Positions 11,674-21,321 of a stretch of 64,000 nt of DNA are shown here, piece after piece (positions within the stretch are counted from its first letter, which is position 1; every line of letters begins with the position of its first letter). Where the stretch lies: contig JAMCPS010000032.1 of NCBI GenBank assembly GCA_023379705.1, forward strand, positions 10,090-74,089, given 5' to 3'. Below the pieces are notes generated by a model that was not told the origin of the DNA, searched no databases, and saw only the letters and a program-made list of their open reading frames with translations. Source of the DNA: Campylobacterota bacterium. GTDB lineage: Bacteria > Campylobacterota > Campylobacteria > Campylobacterales > Sulfurimonadaceae. The translations under genes were made by a program, and so were the position numbers.

Positions 11674-12537
11674 GTGAAAAAAATGGTGATTGCCCACTCT
11701 CCGGATGCTGATGATATTTTTATGTATTATGCAATTAAGTTTGGTTGGGTCGGGAAGAAGAATACCATTTTTGAAAATCTTTCTTTAGACATTGAAACAC
11801 TTAATGTGGAAGCGCTTAAAGGGACATATGACATCAGCGCGATTAGTTTCGGGTTATATCCTCATATACGAAATGATTATGCCCTGTTACGTACCGCTGT
11901 CAGCTTTGGCGAAGGGTACGGCCCCAAGCTGATTCGCAAAAAAGAGACGGTGCTGAAAAAGAAATTTACGGTAGCGTTAAGCGGAGAATATACAACTAAT
12001 GCCTTGTTGTTTCGAATAGCCTATCCGAATGCAAAAGTTACCTATATGAATTTTTTAGAGATAGAGCAAGCGGTTTTGGATGGGATTGTCGATGCCGGTG
12101 TTTTGATTCATGAAAGCATTTTAGGATACGATGAATCATTGGTTGTTGAGCGTGAATTATGGGACATATGGTGTGAACTAAGCGGGGGCAACCTTCCTCT
12201 TCCTTTGGGCGGGATGGCGATACGACGCTCAATCCCTCTGAGCACTGCCATTGAGTATGAAAATGTTTTAACAAAAGCAGTTCGTATAGCCAGAGAGCAC
12301 AAAGAGCGTCTTTCTAAAATGTTGATTGAACGTTCATTGGTGCGCATTGATGCGGTGACTTTGGATAAATATTTGGAATTGTATGCTAATGATGAGTCTA
12401 TTACATTGAGTGAAGTGCAGTTTGATGCGATCAACAAACTTTTTCAGATTGGGTATGCCCACGGATTTTTTGATCAAAAAATGGATGCAAGAGATTATTG
12501 TATCCCTTTGGAATATTCATCATTGAGGAATTCATAA
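11674..12537 (+). CDS. mqnD: 1,4-dihydroxy-6-naphthoate synthase (futalosine menaquinone pathway)
   Basis: AHSPDADD.F, DIETLN, G.GYGP, G.YTT, GVLIHE and PLPLGG motifs. Confidence 0.88.
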   Translation: MKKMVIAHSPDADDIFMYYAIKFGWVGKKNTIFENLSLDIETLNVEALKGTYDISAISFGLYPHIRNDYALLRTAVSFGEGYGPKLIRKKETVLKKKFTVALSGEYTTNALLFRIAYPNAKVTYMNFLEIEQAVLDGIVDAGVLIHESILGYDESLVVERELWDIWCELSGGNLPLPLGGMAIRRSIPLSTAIEYENVLTKAVRIAREHKERLSKMLIERSLVRIDAVTLDKYLELYANDESITLSEVQFDAINKLFQIGYAHGFFDQKMDARDYCIPLEYSSLRNS

Positions 12538-12538
12538 C

Positions 12539-12808
12539 ATGATGCAAGAAGAGCTGGTTGGACTGGGAATTGAAACATTTAAAATTGCATTGATTCTTTC
12601 GCTTCCCGCATTATTAGTGGGTATGTTTTTGGGACTTGCTGTGAGTATTTTCCAAGCAACAACGCAAATCAATGAAATGACGCTCAGTTTTATTCCAAAG
12701 ATTATTGGGATTGTTATTGTCATTATTTTAACAATGCCTTGGATGATGAACGAAATGCAAGATTTTACGATCAGGATGTTCAATATGATTCCGACGTTTA
12801 TGCAATAA
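12539..12808 (+). CDS. fliQ: Flagellar export protein FliQ
   Basis: GL.VSIFQATTQINEMTLSFIPKI signature. Confidence 0.97.
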   Translation: MMQEELVGLGIETFKIALILSLPALLVGMFLGLAVSIFQATTQINEMTLSFIPKIIGIVIVIILTMPWMMNEMQDFTIRMFNMIPTFMQ

Positions 12809-12821
12809 GTAGAATCTTTCA

Positions 12822-13625
12822 ATGAAAACAAAAATCGTTGATTTCTCGCGCTTTAGTTCAATTCGAATAGGTCCTGCTGTAGAAGTGGCTTTGATCGAAG
12901 ATGATGTTGTCCCTGAGGGTTACACGATTATCGGATCGGCTAATAATTTACTAGTAGCCCCCAATCCTCCACCCCTTATGATGCTTTCCAAGCAGTATGA
13001 TTTTATTCGAATAGAGAGTGGCCAACTACACATTGGGGCCGCCACTCCAGGTGGTCGGGTAGTCTCTTTTTGTAAAAAAAATGATATTGCAAACTTTGAA
13101 TATTTTTCAAAACTTCCGGGAACCATCGGAGGAATGATAAAGATGAATGCAGGGCTTAAAGAGTTCGAAATCTTTAATCATCTTATCGCTTTTCGGACCC
13201 AAAAGGGATGGATACTCAAAGAAGAAATCGAATATGGGTATCGTAAAACATCCATTAATGAAGTAGTTTTTGAAGCGGTATTTGAACTTCATGATGGATT
13301 TTCGGCTGAAAGATTGGAAATGTTTGCACAGATGCGTTCGAACCAGCCTAATGATCCAAGTGCAGGAAGCTGTTTTAAAAACCCTCCAGGCGATTATGCG
13401 GGTAGATTGATTGAAGCCGTAGGGCTCAAAGGTGCGCGTCGAGGTAATATGGCCTTTAGCGAAGTGCATGCAAACTTTCTTGTGAACTATGGCGGAGGCC
13501 TTTACGAGGATGCTCTGAGTCTTATAAATGAAGCACAGCAGAAGATTTTTGAGACGTTTGGGATCTCTTTGCAATGTGAAGTTGTTATCTTAGGTGATAG
13601 AATTGTGACGAAAAAATATAAATAA
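12822..13625 (+). CDS. murB: UDP-N-acetylenolpyruvoylglucosamine reductase
   Basis: LPGTIGG...MNAG, QP..PSAGSCFKNP and HANFLVN motifs. Confidence 0.96.
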   Translation: MKTKIVDFSRFSSIRIGPAVEVALIEDDVVPEGYTIIGSANNLLVAPNPPPLMMLSKQYDFIRIESGQLHIGAATPGGRVVSFCKKNDIANFEYFSKLPGTIGGMIKMNAGLKEFEIFNHLIAFRTQKGWILKEEIEYGYRKTSINEVVFEAVFELHDGFSAERLEMFAQMRSNQPNDPSAGSCFKNPPGDYAGRLIEAVGLKGARRGNMAFSEVHANFLVNYGGGLYEDALSLINEAQQKIFETFGISLQCEVVILGDRIVTKKYK

Positions 13626-13692
13626 TTATTGACTTAATACGTCACATTGGGTTATGATGGTGAAATCCAAGCAGTAGAGGATGTAGCAATAG

Positions 13693-14355
13693 ATGGTAGT
13701 GAGTTATATTCGTTCTGATAAAGATTTTGAAAGTGTCATAGAACAGCTTAAAATCATAGGTGCTTACTGTGATCGTGAAAAGCTGATTATAGACAAAGAG
13801 ATGATTGATCAAACGTTTCAAAATAAGAGGATTGCTCAGCGTCAAGATGTGGTAACGCTATTTAGATCACTGCATAAGGACACGTTGCTCGTGTACGATA
13901 CTTGGACACTGAGTGTAAATATTGAAGATGTAGTGCAAATGTTAAGCTGTTTACTAAGAAATGAAGTTGAAATTCATTGTGTGAAACAAGGCATTGTAAT
14001 TGATCGGCAAAGTGATACAATGGTCGTTCTTGGTTTGATTGACCAGCTTCGCCAAACCATTCAAAATGATGAAAAGAAAGAGATTGGACGGCCCAAGGGA
14101 TCGAAATCCTCGTCAAAATTTGATTTTTATCTTGATCAGATTATCACAGAGTTAAAGCAAGGGCGTAATGTCAGCGATATTGCACGTATTTTGAATGTGA
14201 GTCGCAGTTCGTTAAAGGATTATGTAGAATCACGTGCTCTTAAAGAACTGGTTCACGGCATAACTCTGACACGTAATGATGAAGATGCCGAAGCGATGAT
14301 TATAGGGACGATTAAATGCCCATCGCTGCAAGCAACGATAGAGGAGAGTGTGTAA
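13693..14355 (+). CDS. Serine-recombinase (resolvase)-like protein with C-terminal HTH; catalytic motifs degenerate
   Basis: N-terminal VSYIRS, resolvase-like core, GRPKGS..SSK linker and HTH NVSDIARILNVSRSSL. The canonical YxRVS serine and the DRLxR motif are absent. Confidence 0.75.
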   Translation: MVVSYIRSDKDFESVIEQLKIIGAYCDREKLIIDKEMIDQTFQNKRIAQRQDVVTLFRSLHKDTLLVYDTWTLSVNIEDVVQMLSCLLRNEVEIHCVKQGIVIDRQSDTMVVLGLIDQLRQTIQNDEKKEIGRPKGSKSSSKFDFYLDQIITELKQGRNVSDIARILNVSRSSLKDYVESRALKELVHGITLTRNDEDAEAMIIGTIKCPSLQATIEESV

Positions 14356-15800
14356 TGGAAGAAGTAGTTTTAAAAGGAAAAGCCTATTTGGCAGGATGGG
14401 TTCCTTACCGTATTAGGCGGTATTGGTTTTTTGTACTTGTTACCGCATTTACATTGATCGTTCCGTGGATACGTATTGAAGGAAACCATCTCTTTTTGTT
14501 GAGTTTTGATAAGCTGAAGTTGCACTTGATGTTTGTGCAATTTGATATGCAAGAGCTTTATTTGATGCCGTTTGTGTTGATGTTTCTTTTTATCGGTATC
14601 TTTGGTATTACCGTTCTTGGGGGTCGTTTCTTTTGCGGATGGATGTGCCCTCAGACAATTTTTCGTGTAGCGTACCGTGATTTACTCGAGACAAAAATAT
14701 TTGGGCTTCGAAAGCGAATCAAGAATAAACAGCAAGAGCCCGATTATTCAACTACCAAAAATAAGATGAAGCGAATTGCTTTGCTTTTAATCTCGGTAGT
14801 CTTGGCACTTCTCGCAGCAACGGATCTCATGTGGTTTTTTGTCCCTCCTGAGGACTTTTTGCAGTACATGCGCGTTCCTGCGGAACATCCGGTATTGATA
14901 GGAACCATTATTGGTATTGCTGCTTTTTTGGTGTACGATATTGTGTTTCTTAAAGAAGATTTTTGTGCTTACGTTTGCCCTTACTCCCGCATTCAATCGG
15001 TTTTGTACGACGATGATACAATTATGGCGATTTATAATCCAAACCGTGGTGGTGAGATTTATGATGAGCATCATGTCAAAAATTTTACAACGCAAAAAAG
15101 TCTTTTAAGTGTTAATCCAACGGCAGAATGTACTACGTGTGAGAGTTGTGTGACGGTATGTCCGACGCACATCGATATCCGTAAAGGACTACAGTTGGAG
15201 TGTATTAACTGTTTAGAATGTGTTGATGCCTGTACCGAAGTCATGGGCAAATTGGGTAAGCCAAGTCTCGTAGAATGGTCCAGTGAAAAAGAGACTCTCT
15301 TTATGAAGGGGAAAACACAGTATTTACGTCCTAAGATCATAGGTTATGCAGTTGTTTTGCTCATTACTACAGCAATCATGATCATTATGGGAAGTGAAAA
15401 AGAGTATATACTCCTTAACATCAACAAAGAAAATCGTCTTTTCAGTATTAAGCATATGGATGATGGAAAAACAAGAGTTGATAATGCCTATACAATTTTA
15501 TTACAAAATACACTTAACGAAGATCATGAGTATTATTTTGATGTCATAGCTCCTGCGGGAATGGAAGGTAAAATAAAAATTGCGGAACCTGCCAAACCAT
15601 TCAAGGTAAAGCCGGGTGTTGTCAAGAAAAAAGTAATTGTTCTCTATACCGATGAAATGCTTGTGAATGATACGAGTAAAGATACCGTGATACCAATCAT
15701 GATTCATGCATATGCCATGGATGACAAAGAGAAAATAATTACAAATAAAGAATCAACGTTTACTTTCCCGCGAGCAGATCTGCTAAAAGAGAAGAAGTAA
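14355..15800 (+). CDS. ccoG: Cytochrome c oxidase accessory protein CcoG (FixG)
   Basis: GRFFCGWMCPQT, FCAYVCPY.R.Q and two ferredoxin motifs (CTTCESCVTVCP, CINCLECVDAC). Start trimmed to ATG 14355, overlapping the upstream stop (TAATG). Confidence 0.93.
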   Translation: MEEVVLKGKAYLAGWVPYRIRRYWFFVLVTAFTLIVPWIRIEGNHLFLLSFDKLKLHLMFVQFDMQELYLMPFVLMFLFIGIFGITVLGGRFFCGWMCPQTIFRVAYRDLLETKIFGLRKRIKNKQQEPDYSTTKNKMKRIALLLISVVLALLAATDLMWFFVPPEDFLQYMRVPAEHPVLIGTIIGIAAFLVYDIVFLKEDFCAYVCPYSRIQSVLYDDDTIMAIYNPNRGGEIYDEHHVKNFTTQKSLLSVNPTAECTTCESCVTVCPTHIDIRKGLQLECINCLECVDACTEVMGKLGKPSLVEWSSEKETLFMKGKTQYLRPKIIGYAVVLLITTAIMIIMGSEKEYILLNINKENRLFSIKHMDDGKTRVDNAYTILLQNTLNEDHEYYFDVIAPAGMEGKIKIAEPAKPFKVKPGVVKKKVIVLYTDEMLVNDTSKDTVIPIMIHAYAMDDKEKIITNKESTFTFPRADLLKEKK

Positions 15801-16247
15801 TCACTTCTTCTCTTCTTCAGCTTCTTCTTTTCCGAATGTTTTTTCCAGACCGCTCATAAGCTCTTGCTTTTGGGTATCACTGAGTTTTGCTTCAGGGTGA
15901 GTTGGCAGATAAAACCATAAAGGCATTTCACCTTCCCGTACCTCTTTTGCTGCTTCGTCACCTTCATTCTTTTTCTGAGCACCCCAGGTAGAGACATTAA
16001 AGTGTTCGCGTCCCTCTTCTACATCATGCGCAATTAACCATGATATAGGGGCGATATTGCTATACCAAGGATATTTCGTTTGATGAGAATGGCAGTCGGC
16101 ACAAGCGTTGTTAAAAAGCTCTTTCGTACGAGGAGAATCCCATGTTGGTTCACTTACAACTGGAGGGTTAGTATGATCGTTTCCATAGGGTATAAATTGA
16201 ATCGCGATTGCAGCGATGGCAAATCCTGCTAGTATTTTTGTTTTCAT
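15801..16247 (-). CDS. Heme-binding c-type cytochrome (Haem_bd family)
   Basis: N-terminal anchor AIQFIPY, ACADCHS..T.YPWYS.IAP.SW and GEMP..Y...HP.A.LS. Confidence 0.88.
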   Translation of the reverse strand: MKTKILAGFAIAAIAIQFIPYGNDHTNPPVVSEPTWDSPRTKELFNNACADCHSHQTKYPWYSNIAPISWLIAHDVEEGREHFNVSTWGAQKKNEGDEAAKEVREGEMPLWFYLPTHPEAKLSDTQKQELMSGLEKTFGKEEAEEEKK

Positions 16248-16321
16248 TTTGTTTCCTTTTAACTGATAAGGTTTATATACGTTTAATTATACATCAAAAA
16301 CAATGAAAAGGGGGGGGAAAG

Positions 16322-16345
16322 TTCTGTCTTGGAATTAAGACAGAA
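16322..16345 (-). terminator. Hairpin downstream of purM
   Basis: Inverted repeat ttctgtctt-ggaatt-aagacagaa just after the purM stop. Confidence 0.55.
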
Positions 16346-16351
16346 GGGGGG

Positions 16352-17347
16352 CTAAATGAGAACGGCTTCGCGCTGCCCTTCTTCGAGCTTCCCGATAATG
16401 TAGCCATCGGTATTTGCCAAGACATGCTCCACATTTTCAGGGCGGACAACAAGAATCATTCCAACCCCCATATTGAAGGCACGATACATCTCACTACGTT
16501 CAACATGCTGACCGATCAGTTCAAAAATCGGCAATACGCGGATTGAAGACTCAGTGATAACGGCACGGATACCTTCAGGTAAAACGCGTGGAAGATTTTC
16601 AACAATTCCACCACCTGTGATATGCCCTAATGCCTGGATTTTATCTTTGAGTGCTTTGAAAGTCTTGACGTAAATGCGTGTCGGAGTCAAAAGAGTTTCG
16701 ATCAATGGTTTGCCGTTAAAGTCGTCTTCGAATTTCATTCCCATTTTTTCGAGTAATACTTTACGTGCGAGGGAAAAACCGTTTGAGTGCAGTCCAGAAC
16801 TAGGTAAAGCGATTAGAATATCTCCTGCGCTGACATGATTGGTACGATCCAATTCACTTTTTTCACCCACACCTACTGCAAAACCAGCGAGGTCATAATC
16901 ATCACTGTGGTACATGCCAGGCATTTCAGCCGTTTCCCCACCGATGAGTGCACACTCGGCCTGACGGCAACCTTCTGCAATGCCGCTGACAACAGCTGTT
17001 GCGGCTTTGACATCGAGTTTTCCCGTTGCATAATAATCCAAGAAAAAAGAGGGAGTCCCAAAATTACAGATGAGGTCATTCACACACATCGCGACCAAAT
17101 CAATACCGACCGTATTATGAATACCGGAGTCGATGGCAAGTTTCAACTTTGTCCCTACGCCATCCGTAGCTGCGAGCATTACGGGCTCTTTGTAGCCCTT
17201 TGGAAGTTCAAAGGCCCCGGCAAATGAACCAATACCACCCAAAACACCGGGAATGACTGTCGATTTGACAAGCGGTTTGATATTTTCGACAAAACTGTTG
17301 CCCGCGTCGATATCGACACCGGCATCTTTGTAGCTGATTTGACTCAT
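16352..17347 (-). CDS. purM: Phosphoribosylaminoimidazole synthetase
   Basis: [32 protein letters not shown] and HITGGG motifs. Confidence 0.98.
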   Translation of the reverse strand: MSQISYKDAGVDIDAGNSFVENIKPLVKSTVIPGVLGGIGSFAGAFELPKGYKEPVMLAATDGVGTKLKLAIDSGIHNTVGIDLVAMCVNDLICNFGTPSFFLDYYATGKLDVKAATAVVSGIAEGCRQAECALIGGETAEMPGMYHSDDYDLAGFAVGVGEKSELDRTNHVSAGDILIALPSSGLHSNGFSLARKVLLEKMGMKFEDDFNGKPLIETLLTPTRIYVKTFKALKDKIQALGHITGGGIVENLPRVLPEGIRAVITESSIRVLPIFELIGQHVERSEMYRAFNMGVGMILVVRPENVEHVLANTDGYIIGKLEEGQREAVLI

Positions 17348-17406
17348 GGAGTTCCTCGTCCGTTTTTTAGTAGGAGAATTATAACGAAGAGTGTGTTAGG
17401 GTAAGT

Positions 17407-17610
17407 TTATTTTTTTGTACAAGTACCGAAGAGCTTCGTGAACACCCATAACGATGGACAAAAATCTTTTATCGCCCAAACAACAATCATAAGAATGACA
17501 AAGCCTTGAAGGGCCATTCCATATTGCGTATAGCCATAAGCCGTGAGAGCCATTGAGATGGTAAGAACAATTGCCATCAGAAAACGTTGAATTTTTTCAG
17601 CGCACATCAT
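17407..17610 (-). CDS. Small two-TM membrane protein, DUF2892/YgaP-like
   Basis: SD AAGGA, two hydrophobic helices and a C-terminal FCPS....LFG.C motif. Confidence 0.7.
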   Translation of the reverse strand: MMCAEKIQRFLMAIVLTISMALTAYGYTQYGMALQGFVILMIVVWAIKDFCPSLWVFTKLFGTCTKK

Positions 17611-17766
17611 TTATTCCTTTTTTATATAATATTTATTTTATGTAATTATAGTCTTAATAATTGAGCGTAGTCTTAAGTCAGAAACACTTCTCGGTATATT
17701 TCAATGGGATTTAATCTGTGCGTGATACAATCGCTAATAAATTACACATAGAAGAGATTTTTGCCC

Positions 17767-18324
17767 ATGAAAACGTTTGTTTACCCTGAAATGATGGTCC
17801 ATGTGTCCATGTGTACCCATAAATTGCCAACATCGGTATTGCTTGCAAGCGATGATAATCGTGACCTTTTAATGAATGAGCTTGCCCGCTACAAAGAGTC
17901 AACGGTAACTACGGTAGGAAGTAATGATTTACTTGAATCGTTTCGCAACGCCCAAGAAAAAAGTGCTGATGTTATTATGGTTGATGCGATGACTTCAGAC
18001 GGTGTAGTCATTGCGCACATCAGCCGTATTCTAAAAGATGACGGTTTGGTTGTTATGAAACACCCATCGCTGGATGATCTCAGTGCAAATACCCCATTAA
18101 TGAAAGCATTAGGCGAATATTTTAAAATTGTCATGCCGTATCGCCTTGAAGACGGTTCAACTTTGTTGTTAAGTTCAAAAGAGTACCATCCAACGGCAGA
18201 CGTTATTTTGCAGCGTACCGATTTACTTGAAGGGCATCAGTATTATAACTGCGATGTTCATCCTGCGGCCTTTGCTATGCCGCAATACGTTCGTGAAAGT
18301 TACCGCGGACTTGCTCGTAACTAA
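17767..18324 (+). CDS. Spermidine synthase-like protein (short, Helicobacter-type SpeE fold)
   Basis: Y.EMMVHV..C.H..P..VL, LKDDG..V, SK.YHP and YYN.DVH.AAFAMP.YV. Lacks the N-terminal beta domain and the GGGDG motif. Confidence 0.75.
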   Translation: MKTFVYPEMMVHVSMCTHKLPTSVLLASDDNRDLLMNELARYKESTVTTVGSNDLLESFRNAQEKSADVIMVDAMTSDGVVIAHISRILKDDGLVVMKHPSLDDLSANTPLMKALGEYFKIVMPYRLEDGSTLLLSSKEYHPTADVILQRTDLLEGHQYYNCDVHPAAFAMPQYVRESYRGLARN

Positions 18325-18929
18325 TGGCGTATAAGTATGCCATCGCACTGACGGGTGGAATCGCAACGGGGAAAAGTACCGTTGCCTCTTTAATGGGATT
18401 AAATGGCTTGCGCATTATTGATGCGGATGCTATTTCTCACCGTATATTGGATGAAAATGCATCTTGGGTATCTGAACATTTTGGAACTGCTTACGTCAGT
18501 GGGGGTAAAGTTCTCCGTGCTGAGCTGGGGAAAATGATCTTCGCTAATCCAGAAGTAAAAAAAGAGCTTGAATGTTTTTTACATCCAAAAATTCGCGCAG
18601 CTATTGAAGATGAGAGCGAAAAACAAGACCGTTTTGAATATCCGTATCTCATTGATATTCCTCTCTTTTTTGAAACAGCTTCTTATCCGATTGAAAATTC
18701 TGTTGTTGTCTATACGCCAAAAGAGATTCAATTAGAGCGTTTTATGAAGCGAAACGGTTTTTCGAAGGAAGAATCGCTGCGTCGCATCGAAAGCCAAATG
18801 AATATTGACGAGAAACGTTCTCGCGCTACGTGGGTAATCGATAACTCCTCAAATCTCAAACATCTTCAGCGAGAGTGCGAACAATTTGTGGAAACAATTA
18901 CAGCACTCTATCCCACCCCTAAGCTATAA
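18324..18929 (+). CDS. coaE: Dephospho-CoA kinase
   Basis: LTGGIATGKST, IDAD, LHPKI and DIPLFFE motifs. Confidence 0.96.
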   Translation: MAYKYAIALTGGIATGKSTVASLMGLNGLRIIDADAISHRILDENASWVSEHFGTAYVSGGKVLRAELGKMIFANPEVKKELECFLHPKIRAAIEDESEKQDRFEYPYLIDIPLFFETASYPIENSVVVYTPKEIQLERFMKRNGFSKEESLRRIESQMNIDEKRSRATWVIDNSSNLKHLQRECEQFVETITALYPTPKL

Positions 18930-18965
18930 TACTATCAATTAACTTTTTACTATAAGGATTTTGGC

Positions 18966-19715
18966 ATGCTCCAAATCGCCAAATACTGCGCAAGCGGTAA
19001 TGATTTCGTACTTTTTCACACCTTTAACGGTGCAGATCGCTCCGGACTTGCAAGGGCTCTTTGCGACCGACAAAATGGGATTGGCGCAGACGGATTGATC
19101 GTTTTATTACCCCACGAAGAGCATGATTTTGAATGGGAGTTTTACAATGCCGATGGTTCTACGGCGTCGATGTGCGGAAATGGAAGCCGTGCGTGCGCAC
19201 ACTATGCCCATCGTTTTGGTTTGGCACCCGCTCAAATGGAGTTTTTGACAGGCGCAGGGGTGATAAAGGCAAGTGTAGAGGGAGATATGGTTCAAAGTGA
19301 CCTTACCCCCCCCTATGTTGTCAATGATGAAATTATTGAACATGAAATGCGATGGTGGCTTATTGATACGGGTGTTCCGCATTTAGTCACTTTTGATGCC
19401 GATATGGAAAATTTTGATATCGATATGGCACGTCAATTGCGCCATAAGTACAATGCCAACGTTAATATTGCGCATGTTCAGAGTAATGGAGCGATTAGGG
19501 TACGCACTTATGAGCGTGGCGTTGAAGATGAAACATTGGCCTGTGGTACGGGAATGGCCGCGTGTTTTTACCGTGCTTCAATAGAAAATTCGGTTGCAGA
19601 TAATGCGCGTGTGTACCCAAAAAGTGGCGAAACGCTCTATCTGGGATTGGACGAGGGGACGATTACGTTTAAAGGTGAAGTTAAAGGGGTTTTTGAAACG
19701 ATTTGGAAATTTTAA
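18966..19715 (+). CDS. dapF: Diaminopimelate epimerase
   Basis: GNDF, GIGADG, NADGS...MCGNG and ERGVEDETLACGTG motifs. Confidence 0.97.
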   Translation: MLQIAKYCASGNDFVLFHTFNGADRSGLARALCDRQNGIGADGLIVLLPHEEHDFEWEFYNADGSTASMCGNGSRACAHYAHRFGLAPAQMEFLTGAGVIKASVEGDMVQSDLTPPYVVNDEIIEHEMRWWLIDTGVPHLVTFDADMENFDIDMARQLRHKYNANVNIAHVQSNGAIRVRTYERGVEDETLACGTGMAACFYRASIENSVADNARVYPKSGETLYLGLDEGTITFKGEVKGVFETIWKF

Positions 19716-19718
19716 ACG

Positions 19719-19768
19719 CCATCGGAACTCGTCCCGATTGGCTACGCTAACGCTGAGTTTACTTCAGC
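19719..19768. repeat. Short double-hairpin intergenic element (REP/BIME-like), copy 1
   Basis: CCATCGG-AACTCGTC-CCGATTGG, then CTACGCT, then GCTGA-GTTTACT-TCAGC. It shares its architecture with 33120-33186. Confidence 0.5.
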
Positions 19769-19805
19769 AGTAGGCTCACAAAAAGCTCTCGTGACTTCAA
19801 ATTAT

Positions 19806-20873
19806 CTACAGACCGTTTTGCTCCATCAACTTTGACTGCATATCCGCAATGAGGGGATCGATGATATCGTCCATTAACCCCCCTTGCATAATCTCTTCAA
19901 GGCGATAAAGAGTCAGCGTGATACGGTGGTCAGAGATACGGTTTTGAGGATAGTTATAGGTACGAATACGTCCTGAACGGTCACCAGATCCTACTTGATC
20001 TTTACGTTCATTCATCTCTTTCTCTTTGGCCTCATTCATTTGCAGATCATAAATACGGGCTTTTAGAATTTGCATCGCTTTGTCTTTATTTTTGTGCTGC
20101 GATTTTTGATCTTGATTGTTGACGACGATGCCGGTGGGTAAATGGGTTATTCGGACCGCAGAGTCAGTGGTATTAACGCTTTGCCCTCCACATCCGCTTG
20201 AGCGCATAACGTCGATTTTAAGATCACTTTCATTGATGACAACTTCAACATCGTCCACTTCAGGCATAACCGCAACCGTAATAGCTGAGGTATGTACACG
20301 CCCTTGAGATTCCGTTGCGGGAACACGCTGAACACGATGAACACCTGCTTCGTGTTTGAGACGTGAGTAAACTTGATCTCCCTTGATAAGGGCAATAACC
20401 TCTTTGAAGCCGCCAGCATCAGAGGGGCTGCTGCTCATAAGCTCGATTTTCCATCCCTTGACATCCGCATAACGGACATAGGCATTGAACAAATCACCGA
20501 CAAAAATAGCCGCTTCATCTCCGCCGGTACCGGCACGTAATTCGATGTAGATATTGCGTTTATCATTAGGATCAGCTGGAATCAGGAGTTTTTTAATTTC
20601 TTCTTCGAGTTCACCCACTTGTGGTTCTAAAAATTTAAGTTCTTCTTTGGCAAGCTCGCCTAGCTCAGCATCAAAAGCGAGTGATTTGTTTTCTTCAATG
20701 TCTTCTAAAAGCTTTTTATACTCAGTAGCTTTTGTGAAAATTGGTTGAAGAGAAGATTGCTCTTTTGAAAGATCCGTCATACGCTTGATATCGTTACCGA
20801 TGTCGGGTGAACTTAACAACTCTGTGAGCTCATTGTAACGATTAATAAAAGGGGTTAATTTATTAGATAACAT
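19806..20873 (-). CDS. prfA: Peptide chain release factor 1
   Basis: [12 protein letters not shown] anticodon-recognition motif (VPATE), GGQ and [11 protein letters not shown]. Confidence 0.98.
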   Translation of the reverse strand: MLSNKLTPFINRYNELTELLSSPDIGNDIKRMTDLSKEQSSLQPIFTKATEYKKLLEDIEENKSLAFDAELGELAKEELKFLEPQVGELEEEIKKLLIPADPNDKRNIYIELRAGTGGDEAAIFVGDLFNAYVRYADVKGWKIELMSSSPSDAGGFKEVIALIKGDQVYSRLKHEAGVHRVQRVPATESQGRVHTSAITVAVMPEVDDVEVVINESDLKIDVMRSSGCGGQSVNTTDSAVRITHLPTGIVVNNQDQKSQHKNKDKAMQILKARIYDLQMNEAKEKEMNERKDQVGSGDRSGRIRTYNYPQNRISDHRITLTLYRLEEIMQGGLMDDIIDPLIADMQSKLMEQNGL

Positions 20874-20953
20874 TGTGGTAATTCCTATAGAAAGGCGTTG
20901 TGAGAAAAGGGGTCACTCAAAAGGAAAAATTCCTTTTTGTGTGAATGGTATAA

Positions 20954-21220
20954 TTATGCTTGTAGTGCGTTAACTGCTAAGTGTAGACGGCTAACTTTAC
21001 GTCCAGCAGACTCTTTTTTCAAGACGCCTTTGCTAACATACTTGTGAAGATTTGCATTTGCAATAACGAGTGCTGCTTGTGCTTCTTCTTTGTTACCTGC
21101 ATCAACTGCGGCACGGACTGCTTTTACGATATTTTTAATACGTGTACGATAAAACCGGTTACGCTCTGTACGCTTTTCAGTTTGACGGATACGTTTCAAT
21201 GCTGACTTGTGGTTTGCCAT
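20954..21220 (-). CDS. rpsT: 30S ribosomal protein S20
   Basis: [14 protein letters not shown]...RN and A.RKVSRL. Confidence 0.98.
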   Translation of the reverse strand: MANHKSALKRIRQTEKRTERNRFYRTRIKNIVKAVRAAVDAGNKEEAQAALVIANANLHKYVSKGVLKKESAGRKVSRLHLAVNALQA

Positions 21221-21321
21221 GGCATTTATCCTTGTCGAATTTTTTTTAGGGTAGAATGTTACCTTAAAGATAATTAAAATTAAGTTAAGCGGTATTAATA
21301 CAAAATATTAGGGGTTAATTG

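Noticed and set aside
13693-14355. Active transposon resolvase or DNA invertase marking a mobile element
   Set aside because: Catalytic motifs are degenerate, there is no transposase or terminal repeat, and the flanking genes are housekeeping genes.
19306-19313. C8 tract in dapF as a phase-variation site
   Set aside because: It encodes in-frame Thr-Pro-Pro in a housekeeping gene with an intact ORF, so ON/OFF switching is implausible.
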